Numbered from the stretch's first letter, positions 22,518 through 30,129 are shown. The stretch: DNA of 51,491 nucleotides from Acutalibacteraceae bacterium (GCA_045649855.1 JAZRQN010000013.1:1-51491); one strand, 5' to 3'. Made by a program: numbers and translations. Notes: generated from the sequence alone by a model not told the origin.

Positions 22518-23292
22518 GGCGGTACGGCGTGTAAAAGATTTGTTCTTTCCACCTCGTTGTGTGCTTTGTGATGAAGTGATTGCCAGAGAACGGTTTCCGA
22601 TATGTCCGCATTGTCAAAAACAAGGCGTGGCGCGGATCGAAGAACCGGTGTGCAGTCGTTGCGGCAGGCAGAAAAATGATTGTGTTTGCAAGAAGAATAC
22701 GCTGTTGACCGATGGTGTTGTTGGTGTGTTTTACTATGATGATGAATTGGTCGAAAAAGGTATAAAGCGCTTTAAAAAGACAGAAGATATCGACCGTATC
22801 GAATATTTTGCCGAACAACTGATGGAACGTGCATATTTGCTGATGGCGGATAAGCAGATTGACCTCATTACAACCGTTCCGCTGTATAAAAGCGATTTGG
22901 CAAAGCGCGGCTTTGACCAGATGAGACCGGTTGCTAAATGGTTATCCAAATCGTTGCATACACCTTATGTTCAAGTTTTACGTAAGATTTTTCCGACGTT
23001 GCCGCAAAAGGGGTTGTCCGCAGATCGCAGATCGGGAAATCTGCTTGGTGTATTTGAAGTATGCTCGAAAATCTCGCTGAAAGGTAAGAATATCTTATTG
23101 CTGGACGATGTGGTTACAACCGGTGCCACTACTAACGAATGCGCTAAAATGCTCAAAATTTACGGTGCGGCGAAAGTGTATGTTCTGACACTTGCCGTAT
23201 CCAGATTGGATAAAGATGATGACAAAGACGCGGTCGATCCGATCGCAGAATTAAAGGGAAAATTGGCTGAAAAGGCAGGAAACTTTACATGA
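22504..23292 (+). CDS. comF: ComF-family phosphoribosyltransferase-like protein
   Basis: Cys4 finger (CVLCDE...CPHCQ, CSRCG) and PRTase motif ILLLDDVVTTGATTNE. Apparent TTG start overlapping the recD2 stop; the start is uncertain. Confidence 0.75.
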   Translation: MGLNKAVRRVKDLFFPPRCVLCDEVIARERFPICPHCQKQGVARIEEPVCSRCGRQKNDCVCKKNTLLTDGVVGVFYYDDELVEKGIKRFKKTEDIDRIEYFAEQLMERAYLLMADKQIDLITTVPLYKSDLAKRGFDQMRPVAKWLSKSLHTPYVQVLRKIFPTLPQKGLSADRRSGNLLGVFEVCSKISLKGKNILLLDDVVTTGATTNECAKMLKIYGAAKVYVLTLAVSRLDKDDDKDAVDPIAELKGKLAEKAGNFT

Positions 23293-24329
23293 ATGTAAAA
23301 GACTTCGGAATCGATCTGGGCACCGCTCGGGTGGTAATATACGCATCCGAGAAAGGCGTTGTGCTGGACGAACCGGCTGTGATGGCTGTGGATACCGAAA
23401 GCGGTAAAATGATCGCGTGCGGCGAAGAAGCATACGAAATGATAGGTCGTGCGCCTGATTCTATTACGGTGATCAGACCGCTTGCCAAAGGCGTGATTGC
23501 GGATTTTGATTACGCGTGTATGATGTTGCGCTATTTTGTGCAAAAAGTGTGTGCGTATAAAGTGATCAAACCGCGCGTGGCTGTCAGCGTCCCTGCGTCT
23601 GTTACCACAGTAGAGCAACGCTCGTTTGTGCAAGCTGTGTATGCGGCAGGTGCCAGACAGGTTATGTTGTTGGAAGAATCGATGGCGGCGGCTGTCGGCG
23701 CAGGATTGGACGTTGAAGCTCCCAGAGGCAGTATGGTAGTAGATATCGGTGCAGGTACGACCGACGTGGCGGTGATGTCCCTCAAAGGCTTGGCATCGTC
23801 TTGCTCGGAACGTATCGGTGGTGATGCTTTTGATGAAGCGATTATGCGATATGTACGGCAAAAACACCGTTTGGTGATTGGCGAGCGTACTGCTGCGGAC
23901 GTCAAAATTGCCGTTGGTAAGGCGATCGAGGAGGTTGAGGAGTTGTCGATAGAGGCACGTGGCAGGGATGCTGTAAGCGGTCTGCCGCGTGTACAAACGG
24001 TAACCTCGTCTGAAGTGCTGGAAGCGGTGAAAGAACCGCTGTCCCAGATTATCGAAACTGTTCAGCGCGTGTTGGAGAACACGCCTCCGGAGTTGTCCGC
24101 GGACATTTACGACAGCGGCATTATGCTGACGGGCGGTATGGCGCAGATGCGTGGTATGCCTACTTTGCTTTCTCGCGCGACGGGAATCCGTTGTTTTGTG
24201 GCGGACGAGCCTCGGTATTGCGTGGCGCGCGGCGCGGCGAATGCGCTTAAATATATCCATCTGTTGCATTCGGGTGTGTATGATATCGGCGATTTTTTAT
24301 ATCAAAATTCCGAAACGTTAACAAATTGA
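23289..24329 (+). CDS. mreB: Rod-shape-determining actin homologue MreB/Mbl
   Basis: 346 aa. FGIDLGTA, VVDIGAGTTDVAV and GIMLTGGMAQMRG. ATGA overlap with comF. Confidence 0.9.
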   Translation: MNVKDFGIDLGTARVVIYASEKGVVLDEPAVMAVDTESGKMIACGEEAYEMIGRAPDSITVIRPLAKGVIADFDYACMMLRYFVQKVCAYKVIKPRVAVSVPASVTTVEQRSFVQAVYAAGARQVMLLEESMAAAVGAGLDVEAPRGSMVVDIGAGTTDVAVMSLKGLASSCSERIGGDAFDEAIMRYVRQKHRLVIGERTAADVKIAVGKAIEEVEELSIEARGRDAVSGLPRVQTVTSSEVLEAVKEPLSQIIETVQRVLENTPPELSADIYDSGIMLTGGMAQMRGMPTLLSRATGIRCFVADEPRYCVARGAANALKYIHLLHSGVYDIGDFLYQNSETLTN

Positions 24330-24331
24330 AA

Positions 24332-24374
24332 CAATCCACTCAGCAGAGCATTCCGCTGAGTGGATTGCTTTTTT
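24332..24374 (+). terminator. Rho-independent terminator
   Basis: CAATCCACTCAGC-(10-nt loop)-GCTGAGTGGATTG followed by CTTTTTT. Confidence 0.85.
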
Positions 24375-24441
24375 GTTTGATGAAATTACCATGCTGAAAC
24401 CTTTCGTTTTGGTCAACAATAAAACGAAAAGAGGTGCAGAT

Positions 24442-25674
24442 ATGCGTAAAAGTATTCAGGCGATTACAGCGTTGATTGGTTTGTCGCTTTGCTTTATATG
24501 GAGTTTGATTATTTATTACGATTATAATATGCCAATGCAGTTCAGCGTTACGCAGGGAAAAGAATTGGTGTTGGACGGCATTGTACAGGTTTGCGATTTG
24601 GATGTGTTTTCTGCAAAACAGGTGGTGGCAGGATCGGAAAACACGGTGCAACGCGCATCTTTACGCGTGTTTGGTGTGTTTCCTGTGAAAGAGATCAGCG
24701 TAAAAACGGTGGAGCAGCCCGTTGTGGTGGTGGCAGGAACGCCGTTTGGTATCAAGATGTATACGGACGGTGTGCTGGTGGTTGGGCTTTCGGACGTGGA
24801 AACTGCATCCGGCCCGTGCAATCCTGCACGGATAGCTGGGTTGAAAATAGGGGACGTTGTGTTAGCAGTTAATGGTCAAGGTGTCAGCACAAATGCGGCT
24901 TTACGAGAAATGATCGAGCAATCAGCAGGCGAACAACTGGAATTGCGGATTCGACGGGACAATCTGATTTTTACGGTCAAGTTTCGCGCAGTGCTGTCCG
25001 CGACCGAGAAGCGGTATCGTTCCGGCTTTTGGGTGAGGGATAGTTCTGCAGGAATCGGTACGCTGACGTTCTACGATCCGCAGACACGTGTGTTTGGCGG
25101 TCTTGGGCATGCGGTTTGTGATGTTGACACCAATGAAAGATTACCGATTTCAACCGGAGAGATCGTAAGTGCGGAGATCTATGAAGTGGAAAAAGGAACT
25201 GCGGGCGCGGCAGGTAGTCTTGGCGGTGCGGTGAGTGATGAGTTGATTGGGATGCTTTCAATCAATGCAGAAACGGGAATATATGGTACGCTGACAAAAT
25301 TACCGCACAGCGGCTTTTTAACAATGCCGATAGCACTTAAGCAACAGGTGAAAGAAGGGTATGCACAGGTATATACGACCGTGGAAGGTACGCAACCGCA
25401 ATATTATGATATCAAAATTGAGCAAATTCGGTATCGGGACGCTTCTCCGACCAAGAATATGATTATCCGTATTACCGATCCGGATTTGTTACAACAAACG
25501 GGCGGTATCGTGCAGGGGATGAGCGGTTCACCCATCATCCAGGATGGTAAACTGGTCGGTGCAATTACCCATGTTTTGGTAAATGACCCGACAAAAGGGT
25601 ATGCAATCTTCGCAGAGAATATGCTCGAAACCGCTCAAAGTGTGGCAGATGAAAAATTAAAGGAAGCATCGTAA
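24442..25674 (+). CDS. spoIVB: Stage IV sporulation protein B, SpoIVB (S55 serine peptidase with PDZ domain)
   Basis: Part of ORF 24373..25674. Start set at ATG 24442 after AGAGGTG. Signal-anchor helix, PDZ (GLKIGDVVLAVNG), His region GGLGHAV and catalytic Ser GMSGSPII. Confidence 0.92.
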   Translation: MRKSIQAITALIGLSLCFIWSLIIYYDYNMPMQFSVTQGKELVLDGIVQVCDLDVFSAKQVVAGSENTVQRASLRVFGVFPVKEISVKTVEQPVVVVAGTPFGIKMYTDGVLVVGLSDVETASGPCNPARIAGLKIGDVVLAVNGQGVSTNAALREMIEQSAGEQLELRIRRDNLIFTVKFRAVLSATEKRYRSGFWVRDSSAGIGTLTFYDPQTRVFGGLGHAVCDVDTNERLPISTGEIVSAEIYEVEKGTAGAAGSLGGAVSDELIGMLSINAETGIYGTLTKLPHSGFLTMPIALKQQVKEGYAQVYTTVEGTQPQYYDIKIEQIRYRDASPTKNMIIRITDPDLLQQTGGIVQGMSGSPIIQDGKLVGAITHVLVNDPTKGYAIFAENMLETAQSVADEKLKEAS

Positions 25675-25685
25675 AATTAAATATT

Positions 25686-25714
25686 GTAGGGGACGATGCC
25701 CACATCGTCCCGAA
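25686..25714 (+). repeat. REP-like element copy 1 (GTAG + 9-bp hairpin)
   Basis: GTAG-GGGACGATG-CCCA-CATCGTCCC-GAA. The 29 nt are identical to the reverse complement of 26048-26076. Confidence 0.8.
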
Positions 25715-25716
25715 TA

Positions 25717-25750
25717 ACAAAAAACCAAGGGTTAATCACCTTGGGTTTTG
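25717..25750. terminator. Bidirectional terminator shared by spoIVB (+) and the RAYT-like gene (-)
   Basis: AAAAACCAAGG-GTTAATCA-CCTTGGGTTTT, with an A-run and a T-run on each side. The TAA stop of the minus-strand gene (25732-25734) lies in the loop. Confidence 0.6.
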
Positions 25751-26190
25751 TGTGTTAATATCCATTTTTTAGGGTTGTTTTCGATATATTCAAAAATTTC
25801 ATTGTAATCTTTTTGATTGCGAATTATATGGTCGTAATATGAGCGTTGAAAAATCGGGTTGCCTATTTCCTTTGTTGTTAATGTTTTAATTGAACGAACA
25901 ATATTTGAAATCCTGTTTGTAGGGGTCGATGCCCGCATCGACCCGTTTTCAATTTGCATAATCATATGTATATGGTCGGGCATTATGACATATTTTTTAA
26001 TTTCAGAAACATTACGGATATATTTTTCAACGATTGTTCCGTATTTTTTCGGGACGATGTGGGCATCGTCCCCTACGATATCACATAATATTCGTTTTCT
26101 ATCTTTAACACATATCGTAATAAAATATGCGCCCTTTTTTGAATAATCAAAATTTTCTAATCTATTATGTTTTCTATAGGGTAAATCCAT
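25732..26190 (-). CDS. REP-associated tyrosine transposase-like protein (RAYT / IS200-type Y1 HUH transposase homologue)
   Basis: Part of ORF 25732..26268. Start set at MDLPYRKHNRL (ATG 26190). HUH motif PDHIHMIM and catalytic-Tyr region FQRSYYDHIIRNQKDYNEIFEYIENNPKKW. Confidence 0.8.
   Translation of the reverse strand: MDLPYRKHNRLENFDYSKKGAYFITICVKDRKRILCDIVGDDAHIVPKKYGTIVEKYIRNVSEIKKYVIMPDHIHMIMQIENGSMRASTPTNRISNIVRSIKTLTTKEIGNPIFQRSYYDHIIRNQKDYNEIFEYIENNPKKWILTHKTQGD
25919..25944 (+). repeat. REP-like element copy 2, inside the RAYT-like CDS
   Basis: GTAG-GGGTCGATG-CCCG-CATCGACCC. Compared with copy 1 the stem carries a compensatory A>T / T>A pair. Translated antisense as GSMRASTPT. Confidence 0.8.
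26048..26076 (-). repeat. REP-like element copy 3, inside the RAYT-like CDS, inverted relative to copies 1 and 2
   Basis: Exact reverse complement of 25686-25714. Translated in the sense direction as VGDDAHIVP. Confidence 0.85.
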
Positions 26191-26206
26191 TTTTATCACC
26201 GAAAAT

Positions 26207-26234
26207 ATTATACCATAAATTAAAAATATTGCAA
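26207..26234 (-). promoter_or_regulatory. Putative sigma-A promoter of the RAYT-like gene
   Basis: On the minus strand: TTGCAA, 16-nt spacer, TATAAT, with a TGg extended -10. The -10 lies only about 17 nt from the ATG, so the leader would be very short. Confidence 0.4.
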
Positions 26235-26257
26235 TTCGTGAAAAACTGTGATAAACT
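26229..26257 (+). promoter_or_regulatory. Putative divergent sigma-A promoter sharing the palindromic -35 TTGCAA
   Basis: TTGCAA, 17-nt spacer, TAAACT, with a TGa extended -10. The predicted start near 26264 coincides with the first base of the long inverted repeat. Confidence 0.4.
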
Positions 26258-26263
26258 AATAGT

Positions 26264-26485
26264 GCCAAACTAACTGAATATTGTGTGAAATTGGGTGTAT
26301 TTTCTTTTTATGGGATAATTACGCTTTTTTTGCGTATCCTATGAATCGTTATGAATTTGATAAAAATGCAAATTCCAACGATTTGTAGGTGGGTACGCCC
26401 CATTTCACACTCGGTTAGTTTGGCGACTATCGGAGTTTGCGTTTTTTGTGCGGTTACTTCGGTAGCCGCACTTTTTTATTTTTAG
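26264..26485 (+). ncRNA. Candidate structured RNA or cis-regulatory leader (unclassified)
   Basis: Closing stem 26264-26274/26414-26424 (11 bp) plus 26283-26291/26402-26410 (9 bp). Two internal hairpins (about 26312-26339 and 26344-26383). Terminator GTGCGGTTAC-TTCG-GTAGCCGCAC followed by TTTTTT at 26448-26477. No known family recognised. Confidence 0.25.
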
Positions 26486-26520
26486 GAACAAAAAGTATTT
26501 AATTGAAGTGAGGTGATTCG

Positions 26521-26877
26521 GTGGAAACAATTTTATCAATTATCGCGTTAGTTATTTCTTTGATTTCGGGTGGTTTTACTTTTTATACTTTTTGGTGGAC
26601 AAATCGACGAGATAGAAGACAAGCAACTCTTGAAGCATATAACCGATTACAAACCGAAGTTTTTGACAACCTTAATTCTTACACTCCTACTGAAATACGG
26701 GATATTTGTACCGATGTAAAATCACCCGAATATAAAACCATCAGTGGCTATGTTGCGAGAATAGAACATTTTTGTGAACACAGGGGACGGTTCTCTGTGT
26801 TAAAACCCGCAACACCCGCCCTGAATTTCAGGGTGGGTGTTTCTCTAATATGTAGAAACTTGTTGGTCCTATATTGA
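26521..26877 (+). pseudogene. Hypothetical ORF, probably a 5' gene fragment
   Basis: GTG start after GAGGTG. An N-terminal TM helix and about 85 plausible residues. From about 26775 onward the reading frame runs through two hairpin/terminator-like sequences (26781-26803 and 26811-26843) and gives low-complexity text. Confidence 0.35.
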
Positions 26878-26885
26878 CATACTCG

Positions 26886-27040
26886 TGAGCGGTTCACCCA
26901 TCATCCAGGATAGTAAACTGGTTGGCGCTGTTACGCATGTTCTGGTCAATGATCCGACCAAAGGGTACGCTATATTCGCAGAGAATATGTACGAGACAGC
27001 GCAAAGTGTAACAGGAGAAAACTTGAAAGTAGCATCATAA
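26886..27040 (+). pseudogene. Orphan 3' fragment of spoIVB (last 51 codons incl. stop)
   Basis: Collinear with 25520-25674 without indels. Encodes (V)[50 protein letters not shown]. No start or SD, and an in-frame stop lies at 26846-26848. Confidence 0.85.
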
Positions 27041-27042
27041 AC

Positions 27043-27071
27043 AAAAGCATCCCGATGACGGGATGCTTTTT
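27043..27071 (+). terminator. Rho-independent terminator directly after the orphan spoIVB end
   Basis: AAAAGCATCCCG-ATGA-CGGGATGCTTTTT. Confidence 0.85.
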
Positions 27072-27135
27072 CCTTGTAATTTATTGTGAGAAGTGTTACA
27101 CTGACAATAACATAATGCAGTATACGAGGTACGGT

Positions 27136-28005
27136 ATGAAAGTTTTATCATTCGGAGAGATTTTGTGGGACGTCTATCCCGATAAAAAATGCTTGGGCGG
27201 TGCATCGCTCAACTTTGGCGCGCATCTTGCAAAACATGGTGAAGACGTGTATATGTTGTCTGCTTTGGGACGAGATTCGCTCGGCGAAGAAGCTGTTATG
27301 CAGTTGAAAGCGTGGGGGATGAAAGATACTTACGTTACAATTTTGGATGCTAAAGAGACCGGGAAATGTTTGGTAACGCTGGATGAACAGTCGATTCCGT
27401 CCTATAATTTGCTGTCGGATGTGGCGTATGATTATATCTGCTGCGATACCGTGTCGGATGTGTTTGATGTGTTGTATTTCGGCACGTTGGCACTGCGGAG
27501 TGCGTATAATTACAACTCGCTGAATGCTTTTCTCGCTTCTCATCAGTTTGAGAATGTTTTTGTGGATGTCAATATCAGAGCGCCGTTTTACTCCGCGGAA
27601 ACGGTAACTTTTGCGGCGAATCACGCTACCATTATAAAAGTGAGTCTGGAAGAGTTGCCTGTTGTTTGTGATCTACTGAACATTGATCGGACGGTAGATT
27701 ATCAAGCGTTTGCCGAAATGCTCGCGGATCGGTTTGCCGGTTTGAAACTGGTGATCATCACGTTGGGCAAAGACGGCGCGTATGCGTATTCCTGCACGGC
27801 TGAAAAAGGTTATTTTGGCGCATCGCAGAAGGTGGAAGTGGTATCCACGGTCGGCGCAGGCGATAGCTTTTCTGCGGCGTTTTTGCACAAATATATGCAA
27901 GGGAAAGATATACAATCTTGTTTGGAATACGCCAACAAAGTGGCATGCAAGGTGGTATCCGAAATGGATGCGGTTCCCGAATATGCCCTTGAGGAGTTTA
28001 TTTAA
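27136..28005 (+). CDS. PfkB-family carbohydrate kinase (fructokinase-like)
   Basis: Part of ORF 27055..28005. Start set at ATG 27136 after GAGGT. FGEILWDVYP...GGASLNFGAH N-terminus and C-terminal STVGAGDSFSAAF. Confidence 0.85.
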   Translation: MKVLSFGEILWDVYPDKKCLGGASLNFGAHLAKHGEDVYMLSALGRDSLGEEAVMQLKAWGMKDTYVTILDAKETGKCLVTLDEQSIPSYNLLSDVAYDYICCDTVSDVFDVLYFGTLALRSAYNYNSLNAFLASHQFENVFVDVNIRAPFYSAETVTFAANHATIIKVSLEELPVVCDLLNIDRTVDYQAFAEMLADRFAGLKLVIITLGKDGAYAYSCTAEKGYFGASQKVEVVSTVGAGDSFSAAFLHKYMQGKDIQSCLEYANKVACKVVSEMDAVPEYALEEFI

Positions 28006-28136
28006 TATACAATATACAGTAAAAGTCTTCCAATCGTAATCGGGGTGCTTTTGTCATCTTTGCTGATATTTTCACTGTCTTTTTCTGTCCTTGAATAGCC
28101 GAAAAATAAATTTTTTAAAAATCTTTTGGTAAACTA

Positions 28137-28165
28137 TTGCAATAATTGGTAAATTATGGTAATAT
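28137..28165 (+). promoter_or_regulatory. Putative sigma-A promoter of spo0A
   Basis: TTGCAA, 17-nt spacer, TAATAT, with a TGg extended -10. TGACAAA, one mismatch from the TGNCGAA 0A box, overlaps its 3' edge (28165-28171). Confidence 0.4.
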
Positions 28166-28201
28166 GACAAAGCCGGCAAATTTAACAAGGAGATTCTGAT
28201 A

Positions 28202-28975
28202 ATGGAGAAGCAAGTGAAAGTGTTGTTAGTGGACAACAGCGAGCATTTTGGCGTTCCGTGTGCAAAGATTATGCGCGAAAACGGTGTAGAAGTGGAGGTC
28301 ATTGAAAAGGACGGTAAAAAAGCGGTGGATGTGATATGCAGTATGCACCCGGACGTGGTGATGCTGGATTTCTTTTTGCCGCGTTTGGATGCGATTGGTG
28401 TGATCAAAAACACGTATGCCAAATCGTTGGCAAATATGCCGCAGTTTATGGTGATGTCGGGGTTTGACAACCCGAATTTAGAACGCGAAGCGATTTTGGG
28501 CGGTGCGGATTACTTTATCTTGAAACCGTTTGATGCCGCGGAAATGGCGCATCGGATTCGCACGTTGTGCAGTAAGGTGATTCGCGCAGATATGAAAAAC
28601 GAGCGCGCGGTGGCGGAAAATAACAGTCTGGAAATCCGTGTAACCGAGATCATTCATCAGATCGGCGTACCTGCACATATCAAAGGATATCAATATCTGC
28701 GCGATGCGATTTTGATGGCGATTGACGATGATGATATCATTAACGCAGTAACCAAACGGCTGTATCCTGCAGTTGCGAAAAAGCACGGTACTACCTCGTC
28801 AAGAGTGGAACGCGCTATCCGCCACGCGATTGAAGTTGCGTGGGACAGGGGAGACGTGGACGTTCTCAATTCCTATTTCGGATATACCATCCATACAGGG
28901 CGTGGCAAACCGACCAACAGCGAATTTATTGCGATGATTGCGGATAAATTCCGCTTACAACTGAAAATTTCGTAA
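28202..28975 (+). CDS. spo0A: Sporulation master regulator Spo0A
   Basis: Receiver domain (VLLVDN...[16 protein letters not shown]...YFILKPF) plus the Spo0A-specific C-terminal domain ([52 protein letters not shown]). Confidence 0.95.
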   Translation: MEKQVKVLLVDNSEHFGVPCAKIMRENGVEVEVIEKDGKKAVDVICSMHPDVVMLDFFLPRLDAIGVIKNTYAKSLANMPQFMVMSGFDNPNLEREAILGGADYFILKPFDAAEMAHRIRTLCSKVIRADMKNERAVAENNSLEIRVTEIIHQIGVPAHIKGYQYLRDAILMAIDDDDIINAVTKRLYPAVAKKHGTTSSRVERAIRHAIEVAWDRGDVDVLNSYFGYTIHTGRGKPTNSEFIAMIADKFRLQLKIS

Positions 28976-29032
28976 ATGGGGATGCATTTCGTTCAAAAGT
29001 ATGGTATGATACCTTTGAAATGAGGGAAGTGT

Positions 29033-29515
29033 ATGAAAAATACTGAAATTGAACGGAAGTTTTTAATTGATCGATTCCCCGACGAGTTACCTTTGCTGGA
29101 ACAGGCGACTGTGTGGCAGGGGTATATTTCAGCCGAACCTGTGGTGCGTATCCGTAAAAAGGAAACGGAAAGCGGCATTTCGTATCGCCTTTGTTTTAAA
29201 AGCAAGGGTACACTTGTGCGCAAAGAGGTGGAAATGGATATCACCGCCGAGAAATATGAAGCGCTCGCCGAAATGTTGCTGATACCGCCTGTGCGAAAGG
29301 ATTTCAAAGTATATGCACTGGCCGACGGCAGACGCTTGGAGTGCAGTTTGGTGGACAAGGACAGCGATGCTGCTTTTTATTATGCCGAGGTGGAATTTTC
29401 GTCGGTTGAAGAGGCGAATGCGTTTGCGCCTCCCGTCTTTTTAGGTGAAGAAAAAACCGAAGATCCTGCTTTCACCATGAGCAATTACTGGAAAATGAAA
29501 CAACAACTGATTTGA
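29033..29515 (+). CDS. CYTH-domain protein (triphosphate tunnel metalloenzyme)
   Basis: N-terminal EIERKFLI (ExExK) motif; 160 aa. Confidence 0.85.
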   Translation: MKNTEIERKFLIDRFPDELPLLEQATVWQGYISAEPVVRIRKKETESGISYRLCFKSKGTLVRKEVEMDITAEKYEALAEMLLIPPVRKDFKVYALADGRRLECSLVDKDSDAAFYYAEVEFSSVEEANAFAPPVFLGEEKTEDPAFTMSNYWKMKQQLI

Positions 29516-29539
29516 TATATGAAAACCGAAATGTAGATT

Positions 29540-29571
29540 ACGCAGTATCTGTAACGGATACTGCGTTTTTT
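29540..29571 (+). terminator. Rho-independent terminator
   Basis: ACGCAGTATC-TGTAACG-GATACTGCGTTTTTT. Confidence 0.8.
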
Positions 29572-29611
29572 CATAGACAAAATTCAGGGTTCGTGGTATA
29601 CTCATTTTGAG

Positions 29612-30064
29612 GTGAATGCTATGGATCATGTACAAAAAGCGGAACGATTATTTTTGGAAGGATTCAATTGTGCGCAAGCGGTCGCGGGTGCGTTTTGTGA
29701 TGAAATGGGCTTGCCTGAAGATGCGGTGATGAGACTGTCAAGTTCTTTTGGCGGTGGAATGGGCAGAATGCGCGAAGTGTGTGGTGCTTGCAGCGGCATG
29801 TTTATGGTTGCAGGTATGTTGTATGGTTACAATACGCCCGAAACGGGTGATATTAAAGCTGAACACTACGCAGAAATCCGCAAGCTTGCAGATGCGTTCC
29901 GCGAGCAAAACGGGTCGATTATATGCCGTGAGATTTTGGGCCCGAAAGCACAGGTAGGCGGTTTACCCGAACAGAGGACCGCGGAATATTACAAAGATCG
30001 TCCGTGCTTGTGGTGCGTACATAGCGCGGCGGCGATTTTAGAACAGTATATATCAAACAAATAG
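29612..30064 (+). CDS. C_GCAxxG_C_C family protein
   Basis: FNCAQAVAGAF (C-GCAxxG-like), CGACSG and C-terminal CxxC; 150 aa. Confidence 0.8.
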   Translation: MNAMDHVQKAERLFLEGFNCAQAVAGAFCDEMGLPEDAVMRLSSSFGGGMGRMREVCGACSGMFMVAGMLYGYNTPETGDIKAEHYAEIRKLADAFREQNGSIICREILGPKAQVGGLPEQRTAEYYKDRPCLWCVHSAAAILEQYISNK

Positions 30065-30129
30065 GTGGATTGACAGTCCATTGACGGTTTGTCGTTGAGT
30101 ATCGTACAATAGCGGCAGAGGTGATCGAT

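Larger units (their letters stand above)
25675..26885. mobile_element. Degenerate inserted block between the live spoIVB end and its orphan duplicate; no recombinase other than a Y1/HUH transposase homologue
   Basis: Bounded by the duplicated spoIVB 3' segments (25520-25674 and 26886-27040). AT-rich. Contains a RAYT-like gene, three REP-like hairpins, a structured RNA candidate and a truncated ORF. Confidence 0.6.

Noticed and set aside
26385-26402. Possible fourth, degenerate REP (GTAG-GTGGGTACGCCCCA).
   Set aside because: Only a 3-4-bp stem is present and there is no sequence identity to the 26-mer beyond GTAGG. It also overlaps the closing stem of the RNA candidate, so it could be coincidence.
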